Positions 40,198 through 49,385 of a DNA stretch of 64,000 nt are shown here, one piece after another (position 1 is the stretch's first letter; each line of letters starts with the position of its first letter). The position numbers and the translations under genes were made by a program. A model generated the notes under the pieces. That model did not search any database. It was not told where the DNA came from and worked only from the letters and a program-made list of their open reading frames with translations. Source of the DNA: Bacteroidales bacterium (GTDB taxonomy: Bacteria > Bacteroidota > Bacteroidia > Bacteroidales > VadinHA17); assembly GCA_035299385.1 (NCBI GenBank), contig DATGWQ010000130.1, forward strand, positions 1,093-65,092. Reading direction: 5' to 3'.

Positions 40198-40836
40198 ATG
40201 GGTTGCATCACAAAACATTATCTGGATGAGTACTCCATCCTGGGAGTCTGGAAGATCGAGGAGGACATCGATGCTCTCCTCGGTCTCGTATCGCTGGATA
40301 ATGAGGAGAAAAAAAGATTCAAAGGCTTCAGCAGCACGTCACGGAAACTCGAATTCCTGAGCGTCAGGGCCCTTTTGTCAGAGCTGATCGGCAAGGATGC
40401 TCACATAGTTTATAATAAGAACAACAAGCCGTTCCTGAAGGATGGGTCAAGGTTCATCAGCATCTCCCATTCCCACAAACTGACGGCAATACTCCTTAGT
40501 GTGAACGAAAAAGTCGGAATCGATCTTGAATACATGAGCACCAACATTGCTGCAATAGCTTTCAAGTTTCTTAACCGCAAGGAGAAAGTGGCCAGGGAAG
40601 CTGATGAAAAGAGATACCATCTGTACATTCACTGGTGTGCAAAGGAAGCTCTCTACAAGATATGTGACAAAGAAGGGATAAGCATTAGGAAGAATCTGAC
40701 GATCGAGCCTTTCAAAGTGCAGGACTCAGGTGAGATCAAAGGACATGTTCACACGGATAAGATCAATGAATCTTTTGACCTGTTCTATTCAAAATATGAC
40801 AACTACGCAATTGTCTGGACAAAGAAGAAGCTATGA
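40198..40836 (+). CDS. 4'-phosphopantetheinyl transferase (Sfp-type)
   Basis: GIDLE metal-binding motif and WCAKEALYK motif. ATG at 40198, one codon after the TTG used in the track. Confidence 0.85.
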   Translation: MGCITKHYLDEYSILGVWKIEEDIDALLGLVSLDNEEKKRFKGFSSTSRKLEFLSVRALLSELIGKDAHIVYNKNNKPFLKDGSRFISISHSHKLTAILLSVNEKVGIDLEYMSTNIAAIAFKFLNRKEKVAREADEKRYHLYIHWCAKEALYKICDKEGISIRKNLTIEPFKVQDSGEIKGHVHTDKINESFDLFYSKYDNYAIVWTKKKL

Positions 40837-41573
40837 AAACCGAAAGCATTCAGCGTGGAAAATATATAGGGCTGCTGCTCGATCCTGACAGGACTGGAGG
40901 GGATACACTCACGGAAGCCCTGGAAATCGCAACAGAATCCGGAACTGATTACATTTTTACGGGAGGATCAATTTCTTTCAGGAACATTGATGAGCTTATC
41001 GATGAAATAAAAAAAAGCTGCATCATTCCTGTCGTTCTGTTCCCCGGCAACCTTCTCCAGCTTAGCCTGAAAGCCGATGTCATACTTCTGCTTTCATTGA
41101 TCTCAGGAAGGAATGCCGAGCTTCTGATCGGCAATCATGTTACGGCAGCCCCTTATCTCAGGAACTCAAAAGAGAAAGTGATCCCGACAGGATACATTCT
41201 CATCAGCTGCGGCAGAAGGACCTCAGTTGAATATGTCAGCCAGACAGAAGGAATACCATCCGACAAGACTGATCTTGCTGTTGCAACAGCCCTTGCCGGC
41301 GAAATGCTGGGCCTTAAGCTCATTTACCTGGAAGCCGGTTCTGGTGCGGAATACCATGTACCTCTTTCTCTCATCAGCGCCGTGAGAAAAAACATAACAG
41401 TGCCCCTGATTGTGGGCGGGGGGATCAGGACAGAAAAGGAAGTCGATGACGTTTTCAATGCAGGCGCAGACATGATAGTCCTGGGAAACGGATGCGAGGA
41501 AAACCCGGATCTCCTAAGGAAAGCATGCGCAGTAAGGGACAGGCTGAGGAAAACACAGCACCCCCTGGCCTGA
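40833..41573 (+). CDS. Geranylgeranylglyceryl/heptaprenylglyceryl phosphate synthase family protein (PcrB/GGGPS)
   Basis: 246 aa. TIM-barrel pattern with IYLEAGSGA and PLIVGGGIRT phosphate-binding motifs. ATGA overlap with the PPTase stop. Confidence 0.8.
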   Translation: MKTESIQRGKYIGLLLDPDRTGGDTLTEALEIATESGTDYIFTGGSISFRNIDELIDEIKKSCIIPVVLFPGNLLQLSLKADVILLLSLISGRNAELLIGNHVTAAPYLRNSKEKVIPTGYILISCGRRTSVEYVSQTEGIPSDKTDLAVATALAGEMLGLKLIYLEAGSGAEYHVPLSLISAVRKNITVPLIVGGGIRTEKEVDDVFNAGADMIVLGNGCEENPDLLRKACAVRDRLRKTQHPLA

Positions 41574-41579
41574 TCCGCC

Positions 41580-43238
41580 TTACCTGAAAAGCTCAATCAT
41601 TGGCTCTCCAGTACAGGCGTTGGGATAAGGCACCCTGCACAGCGCCGATAATGTTGCAGCTATATCCGTCATGTTTACCTTGCGGGTTACTGTCGCACGG
41701 TTAACAGTCCAGCCGTACCAGATCAGCGGTACATGTGAATCGTATTCATAAGGTGAGTTATGGTTTGTCACCGATTCATCGTCTTTTTCAACCCAACCCG
41801 GATTCAGCGTTACGATAACATCACCCGACCGCTGCGGATTGAAATTATTAAGTATCCTTTTCAGGTTTCCGCTTGCAAAATCGTTTGCTTCGAATGCAGA
41901 AAACGGGTATGCCGCAGCCACTCCTTTGAACTGGACAAGAAAACGTGCAACCTTTTTCTGAACATCATCGAGAGAAAGCCTTGCATCCTCAATGAGGGTC
42001 CTGTTAAGGAAGATCTGCCGTTCCGAGTACCCTTTGACCCAGTTGCCCTCCCCGTAAACCGCATTCAGATAGCTCCTGAGAAGCTGAAGCGCCTGGTTCT
42101 GCAGGAAATATCCCGAAGGAATATGGCTTTTCTCGAGTACCTTCGGTATCTCGGAAATGCCGTGTGCAGATGTGAAATAAACAAGGACATTCCTTTTCCC
42201 TATGCTGTCGTTCAGGTAATCCAGGAGATTATGGATTTCATCATCCAGCCTGAAAATGGCATCCCCCATCTCCACTGAGGACGGTCCGAAACGATGGCCT
42301 ATGTTGTCGGTTGCCGAGTAACAGACGGAAATGTAATCTGTATTATCATCCTTTCCGAGTTTTTCATTCCGGATCAGTTTGATCGCAAAAGCTGTTGTAA
42401 GGGTGTTGGCATATGGAGTTTCGGTCAGAAGGGAAAAATCCTTCCTTGCCTGGGGATCGAGCTTTGATCTTATTTTTTTCAGATCATACGGAAAATAATT
42501 TTGCCCGGCAAATCCTCTCTCATAAACATTTGAATCCGGCAGGCAATCAGAATAGGCCGACGGTGGGGAATGAAGCTCCCATTTTGAATTCAGGTAATTA
42601 TCGGCATAGCTCATCGCATTGAAATCATTGACCCATGAAGGCAGGCTGTTCATGTAATAACTTGATGACATCCAGCCTCCGGTTATCCGGTCAAACCAGA
42701 AAACTCCATCAGCCGCATGGCCCGCCGAAAGTATTGCAGCCTTCTCGCTGATGCCCACTCCGAATATCTTTGATCTCTGCTTCGAGGCCATCGACAGTTC
42801 GTCAGAAAAAGTTGAAGACTGAAGGTTTACCGGCGAATGCAGCCCTGACTCATAGCTTCCCCCGACAGGATTCACTTCATTATCCTTTGTGCAGTTTATG
42901 AGCTCATTCCTGAGCGGAACATACCAGTTGTCTGAAGTAATCCCATGATAAGAAGGCTCTGCACCCGTAGCGATGGTCGCATGACCGGGAGCAGACTGCG
43001 TCAGCATATATTCGAATGAAGCATTCTTGAAGTATGTCCCCTCATTGATCAGCCTCTTGATACCATTCTCACCAAGCCTGTCCCTGTACTTTTCAAGCTG
43101 TTCATATTTCAGCTGCTCAACAATAATTCCCACAACAAGCTTCGGCCTGTCAGGCGGTATGTATGCACCCTGTGAATACGTTCGGCCCAATGCAGCCATG
43201 CATAAACCTGTCAAAACCAATAATCTTTCAAACTTCAT
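41580..43238 (-). CDS. Alkaline phosphatase superfamily protein, PafA/NPP-like
   Basis: 552 aa. Signal peptide, SATDNIGHRFGP and YDSHVPLIWYG motifs. Overall colinear with PafA-type phosphatases as recalled. Confidence 0.8.
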   Translation of the reverse strand: MKFERLLVLTGLCMAALGRTYSQGAYIPPDRPKLVVGIIVEQLKYEQLEKYRDRLGENGIKRLINEGTYFKNASFEYMLTQSAPGHATIATGAEPSYHGITSDNWYVPLRNELINCTKDNEVNPVGGSYESGLHSPVNLQSSTFSDELSMASKQRSKIFGVGISEKAAILSAGHAADGVFWFDRITGGWMSSSYYMNSLPSWVNDFNAMSYADNYLNSKWELHSPPSAYSDCLPDSNVYERGFAGQNYFPYDLKKIRSKLDPQARKDFSLLTETPYANTLTTAFAIKLIRNEKLGKDDNTDYISVCYSATDNIGHRFGPSSVEMGDAIFRLDDEIHNLLDYLNDSIGKRNVLVYFTSAHGISEIPKVLEKSHIPSGYFLQNQALQLLRSYLNAVYGEGNWVKGYSERQIFLNRTLIEDARLSLDDVQKKVARFLVQFKGVAAAYPFSAFEANDFASGNLKRILNNFNPQRSGDVIVTLNPGWVEKDDESVTNHNSPYEYDSHVPLIWYGWTVNRATVTRKVNMTDIAATLSALCRVPYPNACTGEPMIELFR

Positions 43239-43353
43239 CTTACCTTCCTCAACAAAATGATTTCACAACATAAACGCAACAACGGTAAAACTGATTGCAG
43301 GCGCCAAAAATAAAAATTATACAGCTAACTACAGCACACTGATGATGTTTTAC

Positions 43354-45054
43354 TTACCTTATCACAACGAATTTTCCTTTAACAGTTTCACCGGTCATAA
43401 TGTTGCTGAACCGGATGAAATATATTCCGCTTACATAATGGCCTATATCTAACGGCAGGGGGGCTGAACCATAAACAACATCCTTATAATCGGCAATCAG
43501 TGAACCTGCTGCATTATAAACAGTTATCCTGACAGGACCCGAAAATGATACAGGCAGTACAGCACTGAGCCTTTTGCCTGCAGGATTCGGGAAAAGGAGC
43601 GCTTTCTCTTTTACATCTGAAATGCGGATCATTCTCACCGGAATATCTATTCTTTCCCTGTTCGCCAATGGAACGGTTATGATCGTATCCCTGTATCCCG
43701 GAGCGGAGAATCTGAGGTTCCAGTTTCCTGAATCGAGCATTCGCAGGAATCTTCCCGACAGCGTATCCGAATATACCTGTGAACTGTCCTTATCGTGATT
43801 CTCAATGAAAATCCTGGCAACAACAGGATTGGATTTCTCTGAATCAACCACATAACCGTGAATACCGAATGTTGCATTCTCGAGATACCTGAGAAGTGAA
43901 CGGTAATTGTTTTCCCAGAGCCTGTTCAGCTCCGTTGAGGGAGTGACAAAATTCCTGTCCAGCTCTATCGTAACTTCACGCCCGTGCAACTGCCACGTGA
44001 CAAAATCCTGCCTGCCGCCCTTTATTACGTACCAGTCGATCCCCCGGGTCACACCATTATCGAAGCCACTCATATAACCGGACTGGCTGTGGCGATGCAC
44101 AGTATCGGCATACGCCCTGCTGATGTAATAAAACCAGCTGTCATCCGCATGGAACTTGCCTTTCCACCTGTCGTTCTGATCCCAGCTGTCCCATGGATAA
44201 TTCACCACTTCATCGCCTGAATGGAAATTTGCGGAGAGCACGAACCTGTGCTTCCGGAGAAAATTCACCATGTCAGATGTTTCCTTCTGCATCACATTGC
44301 CCGTATTATAAGGTGTCGAAGGATCCGGAAAGTTCCTGTTCAGATCATAACCCCTGGCATTAAACCGCACAGGATTGTCGATGACATTGGCATTACGGTA
44401 AGCGCCATCGGGATTTGCGAGGGGATTGATCCATATCTCGAGGCCATCAACCAGCTTTTTCACGGGTTCATTAACCTGGTAGTTCCCGAGAAGGTAATCT
44501 GCAAGACGAAGCATAAGGATAAAGCCGCCGGTTTCATCACCATGAATCGATGAGGAATAAAATACTTCAGGCTCGTCTTCGTCTGACTGTACATTGTCGG
44601 ATATTTTCAAAGAAAGGACCAGCTTGCCATTATTAGTAGAACCTATGGTATCGAGCCGGCACATTGAAGGATACTGGCGGACAAAGTCTTTCATCAGAGC
44701 AAGGTACAGGTCGTAGGTGGGATATGAATCCCATTCCAGAACGTTTTTTAAGCTTGAAGAGGTGATAATACCCTTGGTCACAGATGGTTCAATCAGCTCA
44801 TATTTGAAATTTTGGGAGATGAACCATGAGGCTGTACGCTCCGACAGCTTAATATCTATTTTGCCATCCCGTATGAAGGAAATTGAAACATGTTCCGAGA
44901 TTTGATTTGCAGCAGCTTTGCTCTCAAAAGGAATTGTGACTTCCGCCTGACCGTATTTCCTGATCAATTCGAGGACCCTTGCATCTTTTTCACTGCTCTG
45001 CGCCGAAAGGACAACCGGCAGGGTGACCAGCAGCAGGATAAGGATCCGTTTCAT
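43354..45054 (-). CDS. M14 zinc carboxypeptidase with T9SS C-terminal sorting domain
   Basis: 566 aa. Signal peptide, HGDETGG, NPDG and NRNFP motifs. C-terminal ~80 aa (LLFPNPA...GIYFIRF...GKFVVIR) is typical of a type A T9SS CTD. Confidence 0.85.
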   Translation of the reverse strand: MKRILILLLVTLPVVLSAQSSEKDARVLELIRKYGQAEVTIPFESKAAANQISEHVSISFIRDGKIDIKLSERTASWFISQNFKYELIEPSVTKGIITSSSLKNVLEWDSYPTYDLYLALMKDFVRQYPSMCRLDTIGSTNNGKLVLSLKISDNVQSDEDEPEVFYSSSIHGDETGGFILMLRLADYLLGNYQVNEPVKKLVDGLEIWINPLANPDGAYRNANVIDNPVRFNARGYDLNRNFPDPSTPYNTGNVMQKETSDMVNFLRKHRFVLSANFHSGDEVVNYPWDSWDQNDRWKGKFHADDSWFYYISRAYADTVHRHSQSGYMSGFDNGVTRGIDWYVIKGGRQDFVTWQLHGREVTIELDRNFVTPSTELNRLWENNYRSLLRYLENATFGIHGYVVDSEKSNPVVARIFIENHDKDSSQVYSDTLSGRFLRMLDSGNWNLRFSAPGYRDTIITVPLANRERIDIPVRMIRISDVKEKALLFPNPAGKRLSAVLPVSFSGPVRITVYNAAGSLIADYKDVVYGSAPLPLDIGHYVSGIYFIRFSNIMTGETVKGKFVVIR

Positions 45055-45060
45055 CAGGTA

Positions 45061-46155
45061 TCAGACATTAAACCTGATGTGAAGAATATCCCCGTCGTCG
45101 ACCACGTAATTTTTACCCTCTATGTAGAATTTACCCGCTTCCTTGCAGGCATGTTCGGATCCGAGGCTGACAAAATCCTGGTATTTCATCACCTCAGCCC
45201 TTATAAAACCCCTTTCCAGGTCGCTGTGAATGACACCGGCTGCCTGGGGGGCGGTCATGCCTTTTTTTATGGTCCATGCGCGGATCTCCATAGGTCCCAC
45301 GGTGAAAAAAGTCTGCAGGTTAAGCAGCTTGTATGCTGCCCTTACGAGCTTGTCCACACCCGGCTCTTCAAGGCCTGCATCTTTAAGAAAGTCGTTGCGG
45401 TCAGCAGGATCGAGCTCTGCAATTTCAGCCTCCACTGCACCGGCAATAACAAGTATTTCGGCATTTTTATCCTTCAGGAATTCCCTTACCCTTTCAACAT
45501 GCCTGTTCCCCTTAACTGCTGAATTGCCGTCCACATTGCATACATACATGACCGGCTTCATTGTAAGCAGGAAAAGATCATCGACATACTTCCTGTCTTC
45601 ATCCTTCAGATCCAGTGTCCGTGCATTCCCGAAATTCTCGAGATGCTCCCTGTATAGCCCCAGGACTTCGACGCCGCGTTTTGCATCCTTGTCACCTGTT
45701 TTAGCAGCCCTGCCCAGGCGTTCAATTTTCTTTTCGACGCTCTCGAGATCCTTTACCTGCAGCTCGAGATCGACTGTCTCTAGATCCCTGACCGGATCAA
45801 CCGAGCCTTCAATGTGTGGAAGAGACTCATCATCGAAACACCTCAGGACATGGATCAGGGCATCGGTATTCCTTATGTCGCCAAGAAATTTATTCCCCAC
45901 ACCCTCTCCTTTATTCGATCCTTTTGCAAGTCCCGGGATATCCACAATTTCAACAGTGGTATGTACTATCCGGTCGGTAACCTGGTGCTTCTCGAGCTCG
46001 TAGAGCCTTTTGTCGGGCACCTGCACCACCCCGATGTTGGATTTTGTGGCGCTGAATGCAAAAGCGTTTGTTTCGCCTTTGGTGTTCGAGATGCAGTTGA
46101 ATATGGTTGTTTTACCGGTGTTTGTGATGCCTGTTATGCCGCACTGGAGAGCCAT
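45061..46155 (-). CDS. ychF: Redox-regulated ATPase YchF
   Basis: P-loop GITGITNTGKTT, DIPGLAKG, and C-terminal TGS-like MEIRAWTIKKGMTAPQAAGVIHSDLERGFIRAEV. Start at the internal Met (MALQCG). Confidence 0.95.
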   Translation of the reverse strand: MALQCGITGITNTGKTTIFNCISNTKGETNAFAFSATKSNIGVVQVPDKRLYELEKHQVTDRIVHTTVEIVDIPGLAKGSNKGEGVGNKFLGDIRNTDALIHVLRCFDDESLPHIEGSVDPVRDLETVDLELQVKDLESVEKKIERLGRAAKTGDKDAKRGVEVLGLYREHLENFGNARTLDLKDEDRKYVDDLFLLTMKPVMYVCNVDGNSAVKGNRHVERVREFLKDKNAEILVIAGAVEAEIAELDPADRNDFLKDAGLEEPGVDKLVRAAYKLLNLQTFFTVGPMEIRAWTIKKGMTAPQAAGVIHSDLERGFIRAEVMKYQDFVSLGSEHACKEAGKFYIEGKNYVVDDGDILHIRFNV

Positions 46156-46237
46156 GTGATTGTTTTGATGGATGAGATGCAAATTTAATACATCTCCGTT
46201 CCACTTGCAACCCCCTTCAGGATTTCACTTTGGTTAT

Positions 46238-46315
46238 GCTCACTTCGACTTCACACTTCGACTACGCTCAGTGAGCAGCCGTCGGTCGTCGAGCGCGGAG
46301 CCCGGTCGTCGAGCG
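46238..46315. repeat. GC-rich island of local duplications in the ychF / ECF-sigma divergent spacer
   Basis: cacttcgact x2 (46241, 46254). cggtcgtcgagcg x2 (46283, 46303). Inverted repeat tgctcac/gtgagca (46238-46244 / 46271-46277). Confidence 0.8.
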
Positions 46316-46407
46316 AAGCCGAGACGAGCAGGATCGTTTCTTCAAAACTATTAGGATTTATTTTAAACCTTTCCTTTAAATTCACATCAAATTGAAAACA
46401 GATCTGG

Positions 46408-46947
46408 TTGAATACTTCGGAAAGCGATATAACATCATTGCTTAAAACTGACCTCAAAAGGGGATTCAGGCTCCTTGTCGAAACTTATAGCCAAAAGCTT
46501 TACTGGCATATAAGACGCCTGGTCATTCTTCATGAAGATGCCGATGATGCACTTCAGAATACCTTCATAAATGCCTGGAGGAAAATCGGAGATTTCAGGA
46601 ATGAGAGCTCCCTTTATACCTGGCTTTATAAAATTGCGACGAATGAGGCGCTCATGATAATCAATAAAAGAAAAAGGGATGCAACTCTTTCGATCGATGA
46701 GCTTTCAAGATTTTTCGAGAATTCCCATGAAGGCAGTACATGGTTCGACGGGGATGAAGCCGAAGCAAAGTTTCAGAATGCAATCCTGCAGCTTCCTGAA
46801 AAACAGAGGACAGTTTTCAATCTGAAATATTTCGAGGAAATGACTTATGAGGATATGAGCAGGGTACTCGGCACTTCGGAAGGAGCTCTTAAGGCTTCGT
46901 ATCACCATGCCGTTAAAAAAATCGAAAAAATACTTGGTGGAGATTAA
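46408..46947 (+). CDS. RNA polymerase ECF-type sigma-70 factor
   Basis: 179 aa. Region 2 DADDALQNTFINAW. Region 4 LPEKQRTVFNLKYFEEMTYEDMSRVLGTSEGALKASYHHAVKKI. TTG start. Confidence 0.9.
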   Translation: MNTSESDITSLLKTDLKRGFRLLVETYSQKLYWHIRRLVILHEDADDALQNTFINAWRKIGDFRNESSLYTWLYKIATNEALMIINKRKRDATLSIDELSRFFENSHEGSTWFDGDEAEAKFQNAILQLPEKQRTVFNLKYFEEMTYEDMSRVLGTSEGALKASYHHAVKKIEKILGGD

Positions 46948-46979
46948 ACCTTTGTACAGATAAATCATCTACAGTTCAA

Positions 46980-47393
46980 ATGGAAACATCAGGCAAAATA
47001 CCGCAAAAAAATCCATTCAGGGTACCTGAAAACTACTTTGATGAAGTAACCAGGAAAATACTTGCTGAAACTTCAGAAAAGGAACAGGCAAAAATTACCC
47101 TGTTCAGCCGGATCAAACCTTTCCTCGCAGCCGCCGCGGCAGTTGCAGTCCTTGTCACAGCAGCATACTTCACGACAAAGCTCTTTTCACCGGCGGAAAA
47201 GGAAATGAAGCTATCCGGCTTAAATACCCATGAAACAGAACTGATTCTTAATGAGATAGATATAGCTGCGCTTGAGAATGAAACTATTGTAAACGGTTTG
47301 TTTGCTGAAGCTCCCGAATTAAGCAGCAGTGAAATAATAAACTGTCTTATTGACGAAAATATTGACATCAATGAAATTTATGAAGCTCTTTAA
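46980..47393 (+). CDS. Putative anti-sigma factor (single-pass membrane protein)
   Basis: 137 aa. One TM helix (PFLAAAAAVAVLVTAAYFTT). Position immediately after the ECF sigma gene. Confidence 0.5.
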   Translation: METSGKIPQKNPFRVPENYFDEVTRKILAETSEKEQAKITLFSRIKPFLAAAAAVAVLVTAAYFTTKLFSPAEKEMKLSGLNTHETELILNEIDIAALENETIVNGLFAEAPELSSSEIINCLIDENIDINEIYEAL

Positions 47394-47403
47394 AAATACT
47401 TAC

Positions 47404-47892
47404 ATGAAAAGTTGCATTAAGCTTGCCCTCTTCCTGTCATTGTTTCCCCTTGTCACGGCTGCCCAGAACAACGTGCCTGAGCGGTTGAATGCCTATAAAA
47501 TAGGATTCTTCACCAAAAGACTGAATTTATCCGCTTCGGAAGCGGAGAAATTCTGGCCGGTCTACAACGACTTCCAGCTGCAGAGACAACAGGTACAGGC
47601 AGAGAAGCTGAAACTAATAAGGACATTCAACCAGGGTGAAAATACCTTAAGTGACAATCAGATAAGTGAAATCGGCGACAAGCTGGTCGGCGCAATTGTG
47701 AAGGAATCAGAGCTGGCTGTTGCTTTTCATAAAAAACTTAAGGAAGTGCTGCCCCCTGCAAAGGTTATCAGGTTTTACCAGGCGGAGAACCAGTATAAAA
47801 TGCAGTTGCTCAATGAGCTGCAGAAAAGACAGCAAAACTGGCCTCCCGCAGGCAGGCAGGGACAGATGCCTGATGCACCTGATCTATTCTGA
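47404..47892 (+). CDS. Periplasmic Spy/CpxP-like helical protein, third gene of the ECF module
   Basis: Signal peptide MKSCIKLALFLSLFPLVTAAQ. Helical K/E/Q-rich body with FWPVYNDF and RFYQAE motifs common to Bacteroidota ECF-associated proteins. Confidence 0.55.
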   Translation: MKSCIKLALFLSLFPLVTAAQNNVPERLNAYKIGFFTKRLNLSASEAEKFWPVYNDFQLQRQQVQAEKLKLIRTFNQGENTLSDNQISEIGDKLVGAIVKESELAVAFHKKLKEVLPPAKVIRFYQAENQYKMQLLNELQKRQQNWPPAGRQGQMPDAPDLF

Positions 47893-49374
47893 GAATTTGT
47901 AATTGCGGATGAAGTCTGAAGATTTATTCATCCCGTCATACATCACCCTGTCATCATTGATGAATGAAACATCTTTCCTGTAGTCGGCAATAATTTTCTC
48001 CAGGAAAGGCGATGATTTCAGGGGTCTTCTGAACTCGATTGCCTGTGCAGCTGTAAAAAGCTCAATCCCAAGGATCTTAACGACGTTTTCAGCAACCCGC
48101 AGAAGCTTTGTTGCGCCATTGGCTCCCATACTTACGTGATCTTCCTGCTCATTAGAGGAAGGTATGGAATCAACGGACGAGGGGGAACAAAGCTGCTTGT
48201 TCTGGCTCACGATAGCTGCAGCAGTATACTGGGGAATCATAAAGCCGCTGTTCAACCCGGGGTTGGCAACAAGAAATTCAGGTAACCCGCGCTGCCCCGA
48301 TATGAGCCTGTAAACCCTCCTCTCCGAAATGCTTCCAAGCTCAGCCAGTGCAATCGCCAGGTAATCAAAGACTAACGCAAGAGGCTGACCATGAAAGTTT
48401 CCCCCGGAAACGATCAGGTCGTCGTCAGGGAAAACAGTGGGATTATCAGTTACCGAGTTCACTTCAGTACAAATTACAGATGAAGCATAGTTAATAACAT
48501 CCCTGGTAGCGCCGTGCACCTGCGGAATGCACCTGAATGAATAAGGATCCTGCACATGCGGCTTATGGCGTGAGATAATTTCACTTCCTTCAAGTATCCT
48601 CCTGAAAGCTGCTGCAGTCTCAATCTGCCCCTTATGGGGGCGTATCTCGTGTATCCTCTGAAAAAAAGGATCCAGTCTCCCGTCGTATGCCTCGAGTGAA
48701 ATGGCTGAGATCACATCGGCAAACTTTGAAATGCGTTTCCCTATATTAATGGTATAAACGCCATATGCACCCATGAACTGTGTCCCGTTCAGGAGAGCCA
48801 GTCCTTCTTTTGAGCGAAGCTGCAAAGGACTCCAGCCAAACTTCTTAATTATTTCCGCTGATCCGTACCTGTTGCCTTTCCATTCAACTTCACCCATGCC
48901 GAGCAAGGGCAGTACAAGGTGAGCCAGCGGCGCGAGATCGCCTGATGCGCCAAGAGAGCCCTGTTCGTATATCACCGGGGTGACACCTTCATTGAAGAAA
49001 TCGCATAACCGCTGAACCGTGTCTACCTGCACACCGGACATTCCTTTGCTTAAAGCATGAATCTTGAGAAGCAGCATTGCCCTGACAATATCTTCACGCA
49101 CCCTGTCTCCCATGCCACAGGCATGCGACATGACAAGATTCTCCTGGAGCTTGTTAAGCTGATCGCTGCTGATTATCCTGTTATGCAATGAGCCGAATCC
49201 CGTAGTTATGCCATACAGGGGCTCGGTGTTATTTTCAAGTTTATGGTCCAGGTACTCCCTGCACTTATTTATGAGGGCACGGGACTCATCCGAGAGGATC
49301 AGCCTGCCTTTCTTTTCAACAATTTCCTTAATGATCTCCGGGGTCAGGTCACCGGAGTTTATTTTGTAATCCAT
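47884..49374 (-). CDS. hutH: Histidine ammonia-lyase family (MIO-dependent ammonia-lyase)
   Basis: MIO-forming GSLGASGDLAPLAH and typical NGTQ and YSFRC motifs. ATG at 49374 preferred over the TTG at 49389. Confidence 0.85.
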   Translation of the reverse strand: MDYKINSGDLTPEIIKEIVEKKGRLILSDESRALINKCREYLDHKLENNTEPLYGITTGFGSLHNRIISSDQLNKLQENLVMSHACGMGDRVREDIVRAMLLLKIHALSKGMSGVQVDTVQRLCDFFNEGVTPVIYEQGSLGASGDLAPLAHLVLPLLGMGEVEWKGNRYGSAEIIKKFGWSPLQLRSKEGLALLNGTQFMGAYGVYTINIGKRISKFADVISAISLEAYDGRLDPFFQRIHEIRPHKGQIETAAAFRRILEGSEIISRHKPHVQDPYSFRCIPQVHGATRDVINYASSVICTEVNSVTDNPTVFPDDDLIVSGGNFHGQPLALVFDYLAIALAELGSISERRVYRLISGQRGLPEFLVANPGLNSGFMIPQYTAAAIVSQNKQLCSPSSVDSIPSSNEQEDHVSMGANGATKLLRVAENVVKILGIELFTAAQAIEFRRPLKSSPFLEKIIADYRKDVSFINDDRVMYDGMNKSSDFIRNYKFSE

Positions 49375-49385
49375 AAGAATTAAAT

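Noticed and set aside
45230-46003. 257-aa plus-strand ORF opposite ychF
   Set aside because: The translation is Ser/Thr/Arg-rich low complexity, typical of an antisense artefact. ychF on the minus strand carries all its conserved motifs.
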